Of a stretch of DNA of 45,405 nt, positions 45,352 through 45,405 are shown one piece after another (position 1 is the first letter of the stretch; every line of letters begins with the position of its first letter). The notes under the pieces were generated by a model that saw only the letters and a list, made by a program, of their open reading frames with translations, ran no database searches and was not told the DNA's origin. Origin of the DNA: Candidatus Parcubacteria bacterium (GTDB lineage Bacteria > Patescibacteriota > Minisyncoccia > Phycocordibacterales > UBA2100). Location: contig JBDKGA010000038.1 of assembly GCA_039798465.1 (NCBI GenBank), positions 1 through 45,405 of the forward strand, written 5' to 3'. The position numbers and the translations under genes were made by a program.

Positions 45352-45405
45352 ATGGCGCGCATGAATCGTGTTGCCGTGGGCGGCATCCCCTACCACGTCA
45401 TTAAT
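45352..45405 (+). CDS. 5' end of an IS200/IS605-like Y1 transposase domain protein (RAYT/COG1943-like), truncated by the window edge
   Basis: MARMNRVAVGGIPYHVIN resembles the N-terminus of REP-associated tyrosine transposases (for example MAR...R....G..YHV.NRG). TGgCATAAT (45337-45345) lies 6 nt before the ATG. Only 18 codons are visible. Confidence 0.45.
   Translation, partial: MARMNRVAVGGIPYHVIN

Noticed and set aside
1-45405. tRNA or rRNA genes, and alternative genetic code (UGA recoding).
   Set aside because: No T-loop (GGTTCGAATCC-type) context or rRNA-like stretch appears in any intergenic region. All gaps other than 37832-38060 are under about 175 nt. TGA terminates several well-defined genes at the expected length, so the standard code applies.

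Overview
This 45.4-kb window is almost fully coding and uses the standard genetic code (TGA, TAA and TAG all act as stops). Gene content suggests a small-genome bacterium, possibly of the Candidate Phyla Radiation/Patescibacteria type; that placement is inference. It rests on a short AlaRS, an ATP-cone/Mrr-like nuclease, a PaaX-like Cas2-fold protein, an archaeal-type AspRS and a sparse division/cell-wall (dcw) gene set.

Recognisable housekeeping genes:
- mltG, mnmA and alaS.
- A ribosomal-protein/rpoA block: infA-rpmJ-rpsM-rpsK-rpsD-rpoA-rplQ-rplM-rpsI.
- A chaperone block: grpE, a PaaX-like gene, dnaK, dnaJ.
- trpS, aspS, scpA and scpB.
- A cell-wall block: a D-Ala-D-Ala carboxypeptidase, mraY, ftsW, murG.
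- gltX, an M23 peptidase, rpmA, a CPA2 antiporter, rplI and an S41 C-terminal processing peptidase.

I found no rRNA, tRNA, CRISPR array or complete insertion sequence.

Observations worth a second look:
1. Four ~100-nt compound inverted-repeat elements at 102-202, 21694-21794, 40735-40841 and 43319-43417. Each sits between the end of one transcription unit and the promoter of the next. All four share an AGGA-hairpin module in the same absolute orientation, and two share an exact 16-mer. A partial IS200/RAYT-like Y1 transposase ORF starts at 45352.
2. A pervasive leaderless start architecture: a -10 box, often an extended TGn type, lies 6-7 nt before the ATG at about 20 genes. Four small orphan ORFs instead have leaders with strong Shine-Dalgarno sites.
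3. A nested palindrome in the dnaK leader that is not CIRCE, directly downstream of the PaaX-like gene that sits between grpE and dnaK.
4. Reading-frame breaks at short homopolymers in dnaJ, in a lycopene-cyclase-domain gene and probably in one small ORF. These may be assembly indels.
5. A 230-nt non-coding stretch at 37832-38060 with four consecutive hairpins.

All functional calls come from reading the translations by eye. No database search was run.
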